DNA of 64,000 bases, from positions 9,176,001-9,240,000 of the forward strand of contig OX442314.1 of assembly GCA_949358305.1 (NCBI GenBank), given 5' to 3'. The stretch is from Strigamia acuminata. Lineage: Eukaryota. A program made the position numbers and the translations under genes. How positions within the stretch are numbered: position 1 is the first letter of the stretch; the number at the start of each line of letters is the position of its first letter. The notes beneath the pieces are model-generated. The model saw only the letters and a program-made list of their open reading frames with translations, searched no databases and was not told the origin of the DNA. Positions 1 through 14,129 of this stretch are shown piece by piece.

Positions 1-3000
1 CAGAGTCGATGGGTAAAACTGATTTGCTGGAATAAATAAATAAATTAATAAATACAGTATTGGTTGGAATTACAGGCTTGTCCAAGACCAACTCACCTTG
101 ATTTGGTGTTGATGGCAGAAGGTATAAATACGAAAGAGATGATGCTAAAAATGGGTGACATATTGCAACTGAAGGCGTCAACCTATCACCTGTGAGTAAA
201 AAATATATTTTTATTTATTTTTATACTTTTTTTGGTTCTAAAAATCAATTTTTGGTTCTAGAAATTAATTTTTGGTTCTAAAAGTCAATTTTTGGGTCTA
301 AAAATCAATTTTTGATTCTAAAAATCAATTGTTGGATCTAAAAATCGATTTTCGGTTCTAAAAATCAATTTTTGGTTCTAAAAATCAATTTTTGGTTCTA
401 AAAATCAATTTTTAATTCTAAAAATCAATTTTTCGTTCTAAGAATTAATTTTTGGTTCTAAAAATCAATTTTTGGGTCTAAAAGTCCATTTTTGGGTCTA
501 AAAGTCAATTTTTGGGTCTAAAAGTCAATTTTTGGTTCTCAAAATCAATTTTTGGTTCTAAAAATCAATTTTGTGGTTCTAAAAATCAACTTTGTGGTTC
601 TAAAAATCAACTTTGTGTTTCTAAAAATCAATTTTGTGGTCTAAAAATTAATTTTTGGTTCTGAAAATCAATTTGTGGTTGATCTCATAAATTTATTTTT
701 ATCATTGGATCCACCCTTGTTTTTTAAAACTAATACTATCAAGTTAGGTCTGCTTCAGTAGCCATATTGACCTTAAGGTTTACAATTAACCTACTTATAT
801 AATCCAAAATGATGCTAGGGTGTCAGAATAAGTATCTGTAGATTACTTGACCTAATTAATAATTTCAATCTTTTCAGAAAAAAAAATATATAATTGCATT
901 TTAAGTGATTTTAAGAAGAAATTGCCGATAATTTCTGATAATACCAATAATCTACTGATTCATTACTGATAATCTGGACAAATACAAGTGTCAACTAATG
1001 ATGCAAATGCTGCAAATGACAACATAAAATAACACTTACCAGGTGAAAGTGTCAACAAACAAGATAAAAAATCAACAAATTTCCAATCCCAGCATCTTCC
1101 AAGTGCTTGATTTAAACTTTGCATAATTTCTTAAAAAAAAAAATTAAAATCAAATTAAATTAAAAAAAATCAAACAAATCAAATTACCACTTTTATTCCA
1201 AGGAATCCCTATGAATTGAGTAAACAATGTACTGAATTCTCCTTTGCTAAACTCCTGTGGCAAAGGTCCCAAAATTGAAGTGATCTGTAGGCAATAAAGG
1301 CAGATTACTTCCACTTTCCAATCAATTTAATCATTCCCCACCCCTCCCCCCAAGAAAAAAAATCTTCAATTTACTTTAGTGAGAACTTCATTTTTATTTC
1401 TTCCAAGAAACAAGGGCTGTCCTGAGTAGAGCTCAGCTATGATACAACCCAATGACCAAACATCCACTTGCAATCCAAAAGAGAGTCCCAGCAGAACCTT
1501 TGCAATTGGCAACCGGAAAAAAAAGTGAATTAACAAATTTGCTATTTACACACAAAAGGAGTTTGTTTTTCCTGTTTCATTCTATTTATGAACCACTTAA
1601 TCCAATCAATGTTCAAAATCAGTAAATGGGGGTCTGAAAAAAAGCTTTTTCGACACCCGAGGATTGGAAATTTCTCTCTCGGGTTCTCTCAAGTGTGAGA
1701 TCTTATGTAAACATTTCAATCCACACTTGAAACTTTTCTCTTAGCAAATTAAAAATATGAGGGCAAAATGTGTTTTTCTGCTCATAATGCAGAAATTACA
1801 TCAAATTTGAATGTTGAGTGGGGAAAATTAAAATTGTTTTTGCTTTAGTTTGTTATCTTTTTGTGTAGGGTTGATAGTCACCTCTGGAGCTCTGTAGATG
1901 AGGGTTTGCAGTTCATAATCACAGTAGTATAAAGACAGTTCTTCGTGGACACAACGGATTGCATTTCCGAAATCGACAACCCGGAGTGAGGATGAATCTT
2001 TCTCTATGCAGGTATGAAACAATATTAGGTGCATTCAATCTTCAAAAGACGAATTGTTTTCTCCTTAAATTACTTAAAGAAGCGAATTCTCGATTGGACA
2101 CATTAAAAACTGAACTAAAAAGATGGCTACATGTGGTGACGATAGCCAATGGCAGGTGCCGAAGAGATAAGTCACTTTTATTAGTCAAAGAAGTGATTTC
2201 AATTTCATTTAATCTTAATCCTCTTATTTGAATTCTTTCAAGATGACTTCTTGGAGATATGATATATAAAAAAGCTCAGACCCTGTTTAGAGAAGTCATT
2301 TCAGACAATTTCTTTAACATTTAAGTCACTTTTTGGCTTTTCGGTAACATTTAAGTCACTTTTCGGCTTTTCGGTAACATTTAAGTCACTTTTTGGCTTT
2401 TCGGTAACATTTAACCCTTGGAGACATAAGGCTATACGGATTTATGGACAAGCTCTTTCTTGAATAGGAAAATTTTTTTTTCTATCGTTTTTTTTTGCTG
2501 AAAATTTGTGATTTTGTTTATATTATACTGAACCTTAACTCGGATGAAATTTTAAGTCATTGGTCATTTATTTAATTAATTATGCTAAATGCAAATTTTC
2601 TGCCCCTTAAAACTCCAGCAAAACCAACCACTAGTTGGTAAAAAAAAAATATTTTTTACTGTTCATAACTAGCGCCCTCTATAAAATTAGTTGCGAACTT
2701 TCAAAGATCAAAACGGCGCTTTAACTAATTGACCTGGAAATTGTCCATAAATCCGTAATGCCTTATACCAGAACGGCACATTTTACCCTTAAGCCTCCGA
2801 GGGTTAAGTTACTTTTCGGCTTTTCGGTAACAGGGAGGAGGAGGGAGAGGAAAACCGATACTTAGTGCCTTCTTTTTTATTTTTACTTTTATTTTTTTGT
2901 GTTTCATTTCGGCGAGTATGAAAAATTGTTTCTCAAAACAATTTAGCATGACAGCCGATTTGCAAGAATAATATTTAAAAACCAATCATTTTGGGGGATC

Positions 3001-6000
3001 ACTTCAGCGACCTCCACTTCAGCGATAGATATACCTTAGCGACGCCTTTAGACGCTAAAGTGTATCTGTCGCTAAAGTGGCGGTCGCTAAAGTCACTTTT
3101 CGGCTTTTCAATCATGTTTCGGTAAACATTTAAGTCACTTTTCGGCTTTTCAATCATGTTTCGGTCATATGAACAAAACAAGCAATTTTCATTGACCCGT
3201 CTTTAAGCCTATCTAATGCTGGACATTCTCACAGCAGAAAAGGCTTTTGTCAGGACCACAACAGTCCACATTTCCTGGATACGCAAAGTTATCATTTAAT
3301 TTTTTTTACAGTTAAAATTTGCCAGAAATGGCATTATAATTCATTGTTATAAGTAAAGTATGAATTACTGTCAATGCCACACTCCACTTGAGATAAACTA
3401 GTGCCTGCAAAATGCCATACTATGATTAATATGGCATTAAACTTGATCATGTTTATATCTCATGCTAATTAATCCAATTTATAACTCCCACTTTTGAAAT
3501 ATTGATTTAGACAATTCCCATACACTAAAAAAAAATGAAAATATCAGCTGGAAATTCTCACCATTTTGCAGTAATATATTTTCTGGTTTTAAATCCGCAT
3601 GGATTATATTAACTCTACTTAGAAATCCCAAAACAGACAACAATTTAATGGTCACATCTCTTATAGGAACCAATAACTACAATAAAAAATCCAAAAAAAT
3701 CAATTAATCCAATAATTTTCTAATTTTATTTATAAAAAAACAAGAAAATAATATTTACCTCTTCATTAACCAAACCAATCATTCTCACATGACCTGTGAT
3801 GGGCTCAGGATGCAGCAGGTCAAAGGTCAGACAATAATGGTCATCAAAACTGAACACATTCTAAGTATTAAAAAAATAAAAATAAAAAAAATATATGAAA
3901 ATAAAAAATGAAGAAAAAAAAAAACATTAGTCAATTCACAAATTGCAGCCATTTTTTATTTCCCTCTCAACCCAGCCATTTTTTTCCCTCTTTTATTCGC
4001 CAACATAATTTTCTTATATGAAATGAAAAAAAAAATGGAGGGAAAGAAAATCAGCATTAAATCTTGGTATCTGTCTAACTGACAAAAGAGGGTGTGTGAG
4101 TGGGTTGGGGGGTTATTTGAATACTGAGGTAATAACCATATATCAATGATGCAAACTCATCATAAACTGGGCATCAAACTGAGCATGCGCAGTCGAGTTA
4201 GTTGCCTCAGCATGGTTGCTTGCACAACATGAGATGTCACATGAATTTGTTGGATAAATCACTCACTTATTTAGCATTTGTGCCTTGTGAAACAAAAAGA
4301 ATTCAATATTTGCACTCAGAATGGTGGCATAAACTATTGCTATCTAATGTGATGTTTGATTGCACAATATTGTTCCATGTAAAGGGTTTGAATGATAACA
4401 ATTTGATAGGTTTTGATTGATTGGAAGAGCTGATCACAACATGTATTTTGCACCATTTTAATCCAACTGGTTGTGATTCCAAAGGGAAAATTGTTTTCTA
4501 ATAAGACTTTTAATGGTTTTCCCTGGTCATTATGTTGGATTTTTATTTATATGGCTGTCTGCCATCGTCTTTGTGTGCCAGTATTGGCTATCAGCTTTTT
4601 ATGAGAGTTTGCGGCAGGTATTTTTCCTTTATAAAAACTATCGTTATGCTCATGAATGAGGCCCGGATAAATGCATAAATGCATAGGAATTATTTTTATT
4701 CAATCAAAAGCCGAAATTGACTATAAATGAAAATCAGAAATAAATGCATAAATCGCCATTTTTCCGGAAAAAAAACCGCGATTTGATTTCACCCGAATAA
4801 ATTTTTTTATTTTGCCTATTTTTATTTTTATTTTGCATAAAATGGAATTTTTGGTGCATATTTTATTTTGCATAAATATCCGGTTCTACCCATGAATGTG
4901 GTGGGAGGCGCAAAGTCTAACATAGCTTCCACGATAAGGGCATGCCGATTTAAAGTGAAACATGCCGATATAAGAGAAAAGGTTGGTTTTTTTGTTTTTT
5001 TAATTAAAAATACCTGGGTGAATAAATATGTTTGAATTTGGGCCAGAAATTTGAGTTTTATACATATTCTCAAAAATGTTATTAAAATTTGTGTAAATTT
5101 ATAGAAATTTACTGTAAGCCAATTTCCTCTATTCTGGACATCTAAAAACGCTTTTTAGGTTTGTTTTGGTTCATTTCTCACTGAAAAAAATTCATACTCA
5201 TATACAACGACATGCCGGTAAAAACGAGATTTACCGGCAGTTTGGTCAAACCCGCGCTAATAGGCTTAGTGGAGCAATGTTAGGTTACCGATCTATATCA
5301 CATTGGGATGAAATAGAAAACTGGTCCGTAACACATTGGGACAAAATATGATACTGGTCTACAATTCGAGGGCGACTCTTAAAATACGGTATTACCGTAC
5401 TGCCTTGAACAATGGCCCGGGCGTTTAATTTTTTTTTCGACTCGCCCGCCAGGCGCTTATTCAAAACCAGGCGATTATTTAAGCCAGGCCTCTATCCAAA
5501 AAAAAAGTTGCTGACTCCGAACGTTTCGTTTGTTGAGGTTTCGTCCGTCAAAGTTTCCTCCAAAAGGCTACTAAAAACAGTTTTTAATAACCGTTTTTAA
5601 AGTATTTTCCGGTTAACCCGGCGTTTAAATGCGCCCGGCGTTTATTTGAGGCAGGTGCTTATTGGTTTTTCGGCTGGCGGTTGCCAGGCGCTTAATTGCG
5701 CCCGGCCATTGTTCAAGGCAGTACGGTAGTTAAATTGTAAGCACGGGTCCAGATCTTTCCTGTTGGCAAAGGCGAACGGATCCGAGGACGCGACACTTCG
5801 TAAAAGCTACAAAAATCTGTAAACTTCCCATCTAAGCACAGTAATAGAGGCTAAAGTCACTTATAGCAAATATTTATTAGAAAATACGGGAGAAAATCAA
5901 GTTTTAATTCCCCAAACATTTTAATGGAACCATTACTAATAATTAAACAGCTGCATTTAGAAGGTATTTTGTCATCTCAATCATCAAATTCAAATAAGCG

Positions 6001-9000
6001 CGTGCAAACATGAGTCGGTTATATTTTTGAGAACGGCTTGCTATCTAACTCAAACAAAGTGACAAGGACTTGTCGGCAATGCTAGGGAAGAGTACACAAA
6101 ATGTCATTAAATAAATCCGACACGTTGATTACCCAGCCATTTATTAATGAAAGATAAACATTCACAGCCTCCCAGGTGTATAGAAACCATATCTGGCTGA
6201 CAACTCACCAGTAACCTCACTATAGGCACATAACTCCATGGATCAACGGCGTTCATCTCCAACATGATGTCAGCTTCCTGGCTCCCTATCAGGAAGTTAG
6301 ACGCGTGCAAAACTTTGATGGAAACCAATTGCTCGCCACGAAAGTAATCCTACAAATATACACATTATTGAAATTAACCAAATTTCCACCGTTTATTCAA
6401 AATAGACATATCGTATTTTAACAATTTTAGTTTAATTGTATTTTAAGTTTTTATTTTGAGCGTGAGAATTTTAACTCTATTTTATAAAACTGACAATGTG
6501 TGATAACTTTTACATGACATCATCGATCGTCTGATATGTAATCAATTCCAAAATGTAGCGTATAATACTCTCCAAGTGATTAGAAGGATGCATTGTTGGA
6601 ATGTTATTATTTTTAGTGGGATTTGAAATTTTTACGCATTGCTGGTAGAAGAAAGGAGGAAATTTTAAAAGAGTATGACCAACTGGCACCAGAGGTCAAT
6701 CCAAGATGGCGCCAAAATAGTTGGTTTGCACGCCAATGTTCGTGTAAAGAAAATTAAAATGTGGCGTGCAGATCTTTTCCGTTTAACCAATTTGCACGAC
6801 ATTTACGTGAATTAATTTGTGTAAATGTGTTTACACTCGTTTTAATGACTTTTCAAATGCACCTAATGTTAACTTGCAGAAAGATTACACGCGCGTTATA
6901 GAATACAAGTAATCAGTTCCCATAGTAACAACGAATTCCTCCATACCTGAGCTTTTATAATGACTGACGATTGGCCCTTTCCAATGATTTGGAGAAATTT
7001 ATACCTTTTGGCAAGAAGTGGCATGTTTAATTGAGGGTCAAAGCATCCATTTTGGTCAGTGTACAACCCAGCTTCTAAAATAGACAACAAATAAAAAAAG
7101 CATCAATTAATTGTTGACAAATTTCATAAGAATACAAAAAAAAAACTTTTCAACTATATTAAAATATTTTCCCATTCTTTCCACTCCAAATTCCCAGGAG
7201 TCATCAACATGGAACAAGTTCCCTGTCATCAGGTCCACACTTAGGCTAATTAGCTAGTGCCATTTCAATTTCATGCTTGGTCAATTTGATAGTGGACAAC
7301 ATTCAACTGGACAACACCAATTTCACTTCCTCTTCTCTCCCCATCTGTCTCAACCCCCCCTCAAAGCACAAAGTCATCCCTTGTCTGAGATGAAATGACC
7401 AATCAACAGTGGACAATCAAGAGTGAAACACCATCTTGTTTGCTGATGACTTGCAGCCACATGTTGTCACAGTGTTGCAACTTCAATTTGTTAAATTGCA
7501 CAATTCAATATTGGCATTGCAAACTTGGGTTGTTTACAGCAATATTTCTTTTTCCTCCATTTTTATGATGAAAAATGGCTGCAGTTCACATATCCACTAA
7601 TCATTGTAAAATATCTTTGCAAGGCAAAGTGGATTCAGTAAATCAGTGGTGTGAAGTTGAGAGCTGTCAAGAGAGCCAGAGTTTTCCACTGGATTGTGGG
7701 TGTAAATCAAGCAAAATGTAATGTGTGCACAGTGAATTACTCCATAGAGGGATTAAGTGACCAGCTCAACTTTTATTGCTTTTGCTACAGGCAGCAGAAT
7801 GTCTTGCTTCTGTATAAGATACACATTTCTTGATGTATGGATAGAAATGAGCTTGATTTTCTCTCTCTTTGGATATTTTGTGGCAAATGACTGCTATTTG
7901 TAATGTGTCAACCACTTGAATTCATTTGGACTTGTTTCTAACCTCACCATCATTAATGGGCCACAGCTGTCACTGATATCTGCAACTTCCTCACTTGCCA
8001 TCACCAAAACAACACATATTTTTATTTTTATTTTTTTATTTTTTGGGGGGTTGTCAAATTAAGGTTGAGTCATTTGAGTCATTTAAGTTGATCTTTGTGT
8101 GTTGGGGTTGTTGGAACATCAAGAAATTGACTTGGGGTAAATTCATTATTCGAGGTTTACGTTTTAAAGTTTTCGATGTCGGATGCCGTATGTTGATGAA
8201 TGCAATTAAACATGTAGAATTGGTTGCAAGGAAACTTGAGTGTGTTGAAAAATGTATGGAAAAGTTTTGGGAATTTGCTCGTGCGTGGTTGTACATAATG
8301 GATGATTTTTAGTTCTCATTTATAACAGGAGGATAAATAATGGAGTAAATGAGGTTGTCTCTTAATTTTGTTCGGAGCGGCTTTGGGAAAATATTGGTAT
8401 TGCTGATGCAATTATAAACCAGATGTTAGTGTTTAGTTTTGCAATTTGTTGATGTTGGAAATTTGTATTTTCAAGCATTGTTGGGAGAGAAAAAATCATT
8501 TCATAGCATTGTTGGGAAGGAAAAAATCATTTTGAAGCATTGTTGGGAAGGGAAAAATCATTTTGAAGCATTGTTGGGAAAGTAAAAATCATTTTATAGC
8601 ATTGTTGGGAAAGTAAAAATCATTTTATAGCATTGTTGGGAAAGTAAAAATCATTTTATAGCATTGTTGGGCAAGAAAAATCATTTTGAAGCATTGTTGG
8701 AAAGGAAAAAAATCATTTTGAAGTATTGTTGGGAAGGGAAAAATCATTTTGAAGCATTGTTGGAAAGGGAAAAATCATTGGGAAGGGAAAAAAATAATTT
8801 TGAAGCATTGTTGGGAAGGAAGAAATAATTTTGAAGCATTGTTGGGAAGGAAAAAATAATTTTCAAGCATTGTTAAAAGAAGAAATATAGTTTTTGCAAT
8901 TTTTCTAATTTTCCTTCAAATAAAATAGGAAATTTATCATTCAATTTTTTACCATCTTGTGCAAATTGTAATAATCATGCTTCATCAGTGAGGTTGATGA

Positions 9001-12000
9001 TATTGGAATTTTGTCACGTGCAACACAACAGCTGGAAACAAATTGCACTTTATGAATTCGAGCAATTTGAATTTCTGCATTACATCCAAAAAGGAAGCGA
9101 AAAAAAATGTTTTCTTCCATTCATTGTTAGTGTTGCACTGTGCCACTTATTTCTACTTCCATTCCCAATCATTTTTTATCCTTTGTATACACAACCACAC
9201 ACAATCATTAATAATTTCAAGTTTTTCGAGCTATTGGATGCAAACTCAACTTCCATCCATCGCACAAAACAACCAGACAACCAACAAATTAATTCTCTCT
9301 AACCAAATAAATAAGAGACTGACTGTTTGTGGTGAAAGCTTAGTGCAGACTGAATATGCTTTATTGCAAGGGGACTTATATACCAAGTGGGAGAGAAAAG
9401 GGGGTTTGGGTCACAAGACAAGACAGGATATTACAATTTCCACCCCTGAACACCTGTTCTTAACTTCCCTCTTCTTCTAAAGATGGCAAGTGTTTCGTCA
9501 TTCCGATAGTTTTGCACGGTTTTGCCCGGTATCTCGATACCAAATTCCAACTCCGACAAATCTTAAATGGATTTTGCTGATTTTCTTGATTTCGGGCTAC
9601 CGGAAGTGACGGTTTTTACGTCATAGAAACAAAATCCGATTTCAGAAAATCCGATTTTGGGAAATCCACGTGTAGGGTCACTTTCCTCGATTTCTAAGCT
9701 GATTTTCAGCCATCTTGAATTGCACACAGAGCGATCAGAGCAGTTATTTTTGTTTGAAATTTTATAATTGCAATTGGGAAAATCGTGATATTTCGGCCGC
9801 ATTTGAGCTCTCGAACCCGGCCGACCATGTTTAAATGTTTCGCCATATTGTGGCATTGGAAAATTGCAATATTTCAGCCACATTTGTAAACAGGAAGTTT
9901 ACCGACGGTTCTACTGCGCATGTGCAACAGTCGGAATTTTGGAAATTTTAAGGTCGTTCAAAATTAAAATCCAACTTACTTGATTTCCAAAAATCAAGAA
10001 AATCACGATTTCGGAAATCCATTTAAGATTGAATTTTGTCCAATTCAGAATTCCACTCTCTTCCCGATTGATACAATCCGTATACTCCTCCGTCCAACTT
10101 CCCACTTCCAGTCCTTACAAACGATTAAGTTCGCCACCGAAGGCCTTTCGATCTTTCGATCATCGGCTTATTCCCATCACATCCTCCCAAAATGTCGTCA
10201 ACACCCGGCTCAAAATTCTAAAGCATTTTTGACGAAAGGCAAATAATCCCATATAGAATTTCCGTGAACTTATCAACTCATTAAGCCTCCAAGGTTATAG
10301 GGGCAGTTAAGATCCTTGTGCATTTGATTTATGACATAAAATTATGTCCAACCATTTTTTCTCCTCTTCTTCAACAGGATTAAAGCCCATTTGAAACTCG
10401 CATCAAAATCTCAATTAATTTGTAGAATAGAACATTAGAACTAGTTAAGGGCTTAAAGGCTTGACCCAGGGTCAGCAATATATCAAAGTTATGAAAGAAA
10501 CACCTCCCCACCCCCACCCCACTTGCCAAATGCATATACTTTACCTAAGGGATCAATATTTGCATAAAAGTTGGGCCGGGCAATCAATATTTACATAAAG
10601 TGAGTAAACTCCATTTAGTTGTGCACTGGTAATGCAGTGAAGCGATTTTGGTCAATAAAAATGTCCCTTTGAATGGTTGGTGGTTAAATAATTCAAAACG
10701 AGGCTCGCAGCAAAATTGGCTCCTCAAAGGGTTAATCGCTCAGACGCTTGTAATTAATACCTTTTGCAAATGAGTTTTAGTGTTATTTTGCATGGGAAAT
10801 TTGATTTAGGCCTATTTTGGATTTGGACCGGCTTTGGGGCCCCCTCTTGTTAATTTGATCAAAGTTTGGATGGATTTTTCGTCGGGGAAAACGAGTTTGT
10901 TTGTGTTGATGTTGTTGTTGTTGTTTGGTTGTGGCGTGAGGCGGCGCCACTGACTTGGAAGATTGCAGTGGTTTCTGATTCGATTTGTTTTGGGCTCCAT
11001 CTTTGATTGATGGGGGTTTTGGTGTGTTTTGAGGACCTTGCTTAATCTTGGGTTGGTTGTTATTGTTTCTGTTTTGTAATTTGATCTTATCACTGGAAAA
11101 TTGGGATTTTTTTTGTTTGAAAATGTTTTAAATTGTGTAAACAAAGTGAAGTGATTAACTGATGTAAATACATGGAATAAAGAGGGAAATGAAGTGATGA
11201 TGGTCATAAATAATGACTATGCTTGAAGTTAATGAAAGAAAAAATGGATTAATGATAAGATTAAATTGTTTGGGATTGGAGAAAAAAGTTGGAAAGGAGT
11301 GGGTGGATTTGTGTTGGGAATTATTGTGGTGTATATAGTGTAAATGATGTAAATTTGATTGGTTTTATTAATGGTGGGAGTTTAAATTGTTTTGTAAATA
11401 ATTTTTTTTGGAGAAAAGTGTGTATAAAATTATAAGTTTTAAAATTCATTTTTACATTAAATTTGCTGTAAGTGTAAATTTGTTTATTTTGCCATTAAAT
11501 TTATTATAAAAGTGTACATTTGTGTAAATTTGTTTATTTTGGCATTAAACTTACCATTATAAAATTGTTATTTTGTGTAAATTTGTTTATTTTGGCATTA
11601 AATTTATTATAAAATTGTAAATTTGTTTATTTTTGCATTAAATTTATTATAAAAGTGTAAATTTGTTTATTTTTGTATTAAATTTATTATAAAAATGTAA
11701 ATTTGTTTATTTTTGCATTAAATTTATTGCAAAATTGTAAATTTAATTCTTTCTGCATTAAATTTATTAAAAAAGTGTTAATTTGTGTAATTTGTTTATT
11801 TTGGCATTAAATTTATTATAAAAGTGTAAATTTGTTTATTTTGGCATTAAATATATTATGAAAGTGTAAATTTAAATCTTTCTGCATTAAATTTATTATA
11901 AAAGTGTAAATTTGTGTAAATGTGTTTATTACTGCATTAATTTGCAAACAAAAGTGTAAATTTATGTATATTTGTTTATTTCTGCATCAATTTGCAATTT

Positions 12001-14128
12001 TTTTTGAAAAATTGAAAGAAATACTGTAAAAAAAATCCTGTATAACTGTAAAAAACAGTTTAACTTTTCCAGTTCACACTATAATTTATAGATCTCAACA
12101 ACTTGATCCCAGAAAAAACTATTTAATATCTTTGAGCTATATAATTTCTACGCTACTGAGGGTGTGGACAAATCTTGGCAAACATGTTCACAAAACTATA
12201 ATTATCTCCTCTTTTTTATCTCTCTAAACTGCAACTAATTCTCCACATGTAATAAATTAACCAATCAGATTCATTTCCAAGAAAAAAAAACCCAAAAAAA
12301 AAATTAAAATTGGGTCAATGAATTTTTTTTGTTTATATAAAATTTCTAATTTGTCCAAAATCAATAAAATTTTGTTTTGTGCTGGTCACTTGAAAGTGGA
12401 CATTGAAAATGGACATTGAAATGTCAGATGTGATTTTTCCTCCATTTGATGAAATACAATCTGAGATTGGTTCTTTCATTTCCAGTAATCTCTTCTAATG
12501 CATCATTTTTTATGTTTTAAGATGAATGTTTTGTTGTCTGCCTCGTGTCATCTCAACTGACCTCTCAAGGATCAAAGTGGAAGGGTCAACAAAACCATTT
12601 CTTTGGATTACACAAAAAAAAGGTAAAAAAAAAATAATTTCATAAGAAAAATTAATTTGACAATTTTTATCAATTATTTTAAATTATATTTATCCACAAC
12701 CGAATTTTTTAATCCAATTAATTATGCAAATCCCCACAACTTAATCAAAATGCTGATGAGTCAAAACCCGCTTACACAATCTGATTACACAAACAAAAAA
12801 ATTTAAAAAAAAATTAAATAAAAATGGATGTCCATCATTCGGTTAAGTGCTCATACAACTTAAATTAGGATTTCTGTGCATCCAAAATAAAAAGATTTAT
12901 CAAAAAAACAACATTAGGTACATTTGGATTTCTCGACGCAGATTCGGCCGACTCTCTGCCGCAGCAAGTCGACCGTAGACGGCATGAAACTTCGCCGGCC
13001 GCGGCGAAAATTTTCAAGCAAAAAATCGTTGAAAAATTGTTCAATTTTTATACATTTACTATTCTATTTTCATTACCATCGATTTTCCGTCTGCAATTGC
13101 GTACCTTGAAATGATAATGACCATTTAGGTTGAAAACTAATCGAATTTGCAACGTTTTAAAGCCAAACTGTTGTTTCGACTCAAACTCTAACAATTTCTG
13201 TCCAAATTAACCAAATAATTGGTCATTTCTAGGGCTAAATATCTGCATAACGAATACCAACACCCTGAGATACAATTATGACGCAATAGACACTCAAAAA
13301 ACCACCGAAAACAAACGAAACTCGGGGGATCACTCGGCTAATGTCGTCAACGTTTCATTTCTGTTACTTCGCATGTTTCATGCTTTTCCGTAAATAAATA
13401 ACAACATTTATTTGTTGATGTTATACAATTATATTTTTCGCCTCAATCAGTCTTTATGTTACCAGAAATCATCGAATGTCGGTAACCGTTGTTTCAATAT
13501 ATTCCAGGTAGACGCTGACAACGGCTTTTTAGTATTTGAAACATGCTCTGTAACAGAATTAGACAATTATACATAACAGAGGTTTTGCCATCAATTTATT
13601 CATGTTTCCATAGCAAATAATTTTTATTTTCAAATAATTTTCTCTTACTATACTCAGGTTGAGTTGTTTTGCATCTTGAATACAATTCCTTCAACCCTCC
13701 ACTAATATAAGCAACCAGATGAACTGTTGGAGGCACCAATAACAAATCCCTGCACCTAAAAAAAAAATAATAATAATAAAATAAAGAAAAACTCATTAGA
13801 TTTTTATTAAGCACAAAAAATGTCATTTTATCACTCTAGAACTAAATTAATTTATGTCTTTTCATTCAAAGAAGGGAAAGTGTAAGTTATATGTGAGATG
13901 ATTATGGGGGGAGGAAAATTGATCTAAAAAATTAAATAGAGGAAAATTAAAAGGTGTTGGGGGATTTTTGTGATTGAAAGAAAAATTAAATTGAATTTTT
14001 TTGATTTTTCGGTGTAAATATTTTATTTTTTAAAATTTTTTTTTAAAAAATATTCATTTTATTTGCTGTTTGTGCTGCACATACCTTTTGTTCTGTTCAT
14101 CCCTAGGGGGCCGCTCAAACGCATTCAT
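1..14128 (-). CDS. Multi-exon divergent CMGC Ser/Thr protein kinase (DYRK/YAK1/HIPK-like), 3' end outside the window
   Basis: Exons 14128-14085, 13755-13649, 7074-6947, 6349-6209, 3860-3759, 3676-3562, 2003-1882, 1497-1375, 1284-1188, 1129-1040, 189-97 and 26-1 all have GT-AG boundaries with matching phases, giving 396 open codons. Motifs in order: G-loop IIGKGQSSV, VSIK, HADLKPENILL, DFGNA, QTLIYRAPE, DVWSLGCIIAEL, DRLTP..HPFL. The first two exons (MNAFERPP...LVAYISGGLKELYSRC) are less certain but join in frame and resemble the N-terminal helix of YAK1/DYRK1 kinases. Confidence 0.88.
230..680. repeat. ~20-bp minisatellite (ttctaaaaatcaatttttgg) in a kinase intron
   Basis: About 22 tandem, slightly degenerate copies are visible. 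Confidence 0.95.
2415..2803. mobile_element. piggyBac-like non-autonomous element (MITE)
   Basis: TTAA|CCCTTGGAG...CTCCGAGGG|TTAA, with TTAA at 2411-2414 and 2804-2807. Subterminal inverted repeat ataaggc..tacggatttatggacaa / ttgtccataaatccgta..gccttat. Inserted into a 30-bp tandem repeat that resumes after the element. Confidence 0.8.
4651..4895. repeat. Dispersed repeat or degenerate MITE; related inverted copy at ~39502-39633
   Basis: 4785-4895 matches the reverse complement of 39502-39633 (gcataaaatggaatttttggtgcatatttta core). Imperfect catg...ccggata termini; no clear TSD. Confidence 0.55.
5395..5726. mobile_element. Tc1/mariner-type MITE with TA target-site duplication
   Basis: TA|ccgtactgccttgaacaatggcccgggcg ... 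cgcccggccattgttcaaggcagtacgg|TA; near-perfect TIR of about 28 bp. Confidence 0.85.
8475..8875. repeat. ~29-30-bp minisatellite (agcattgttgggaaggaaaaaatcattttga)
   Basis: About 13 tandem copies. Confidence 0.95.
11450..11990. repeat. ~37-bp AT-rich minisatellite
   Basis: Repeating taaatttattataaaagtgtaaatttgtttattttggcat. Confidence 0.9.
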
Positions 14129-14129
14129 T

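Noticed and set aside
9485..10245. Possible old inverted-repeat element in the kinase intron
   Set aside because: Only short imperfect inverted matches (tttcgtca/tgacgaaa; aatcttaaatggattt/aaatccatttaagatt) and no TSD, so boundaries cannot be supported.
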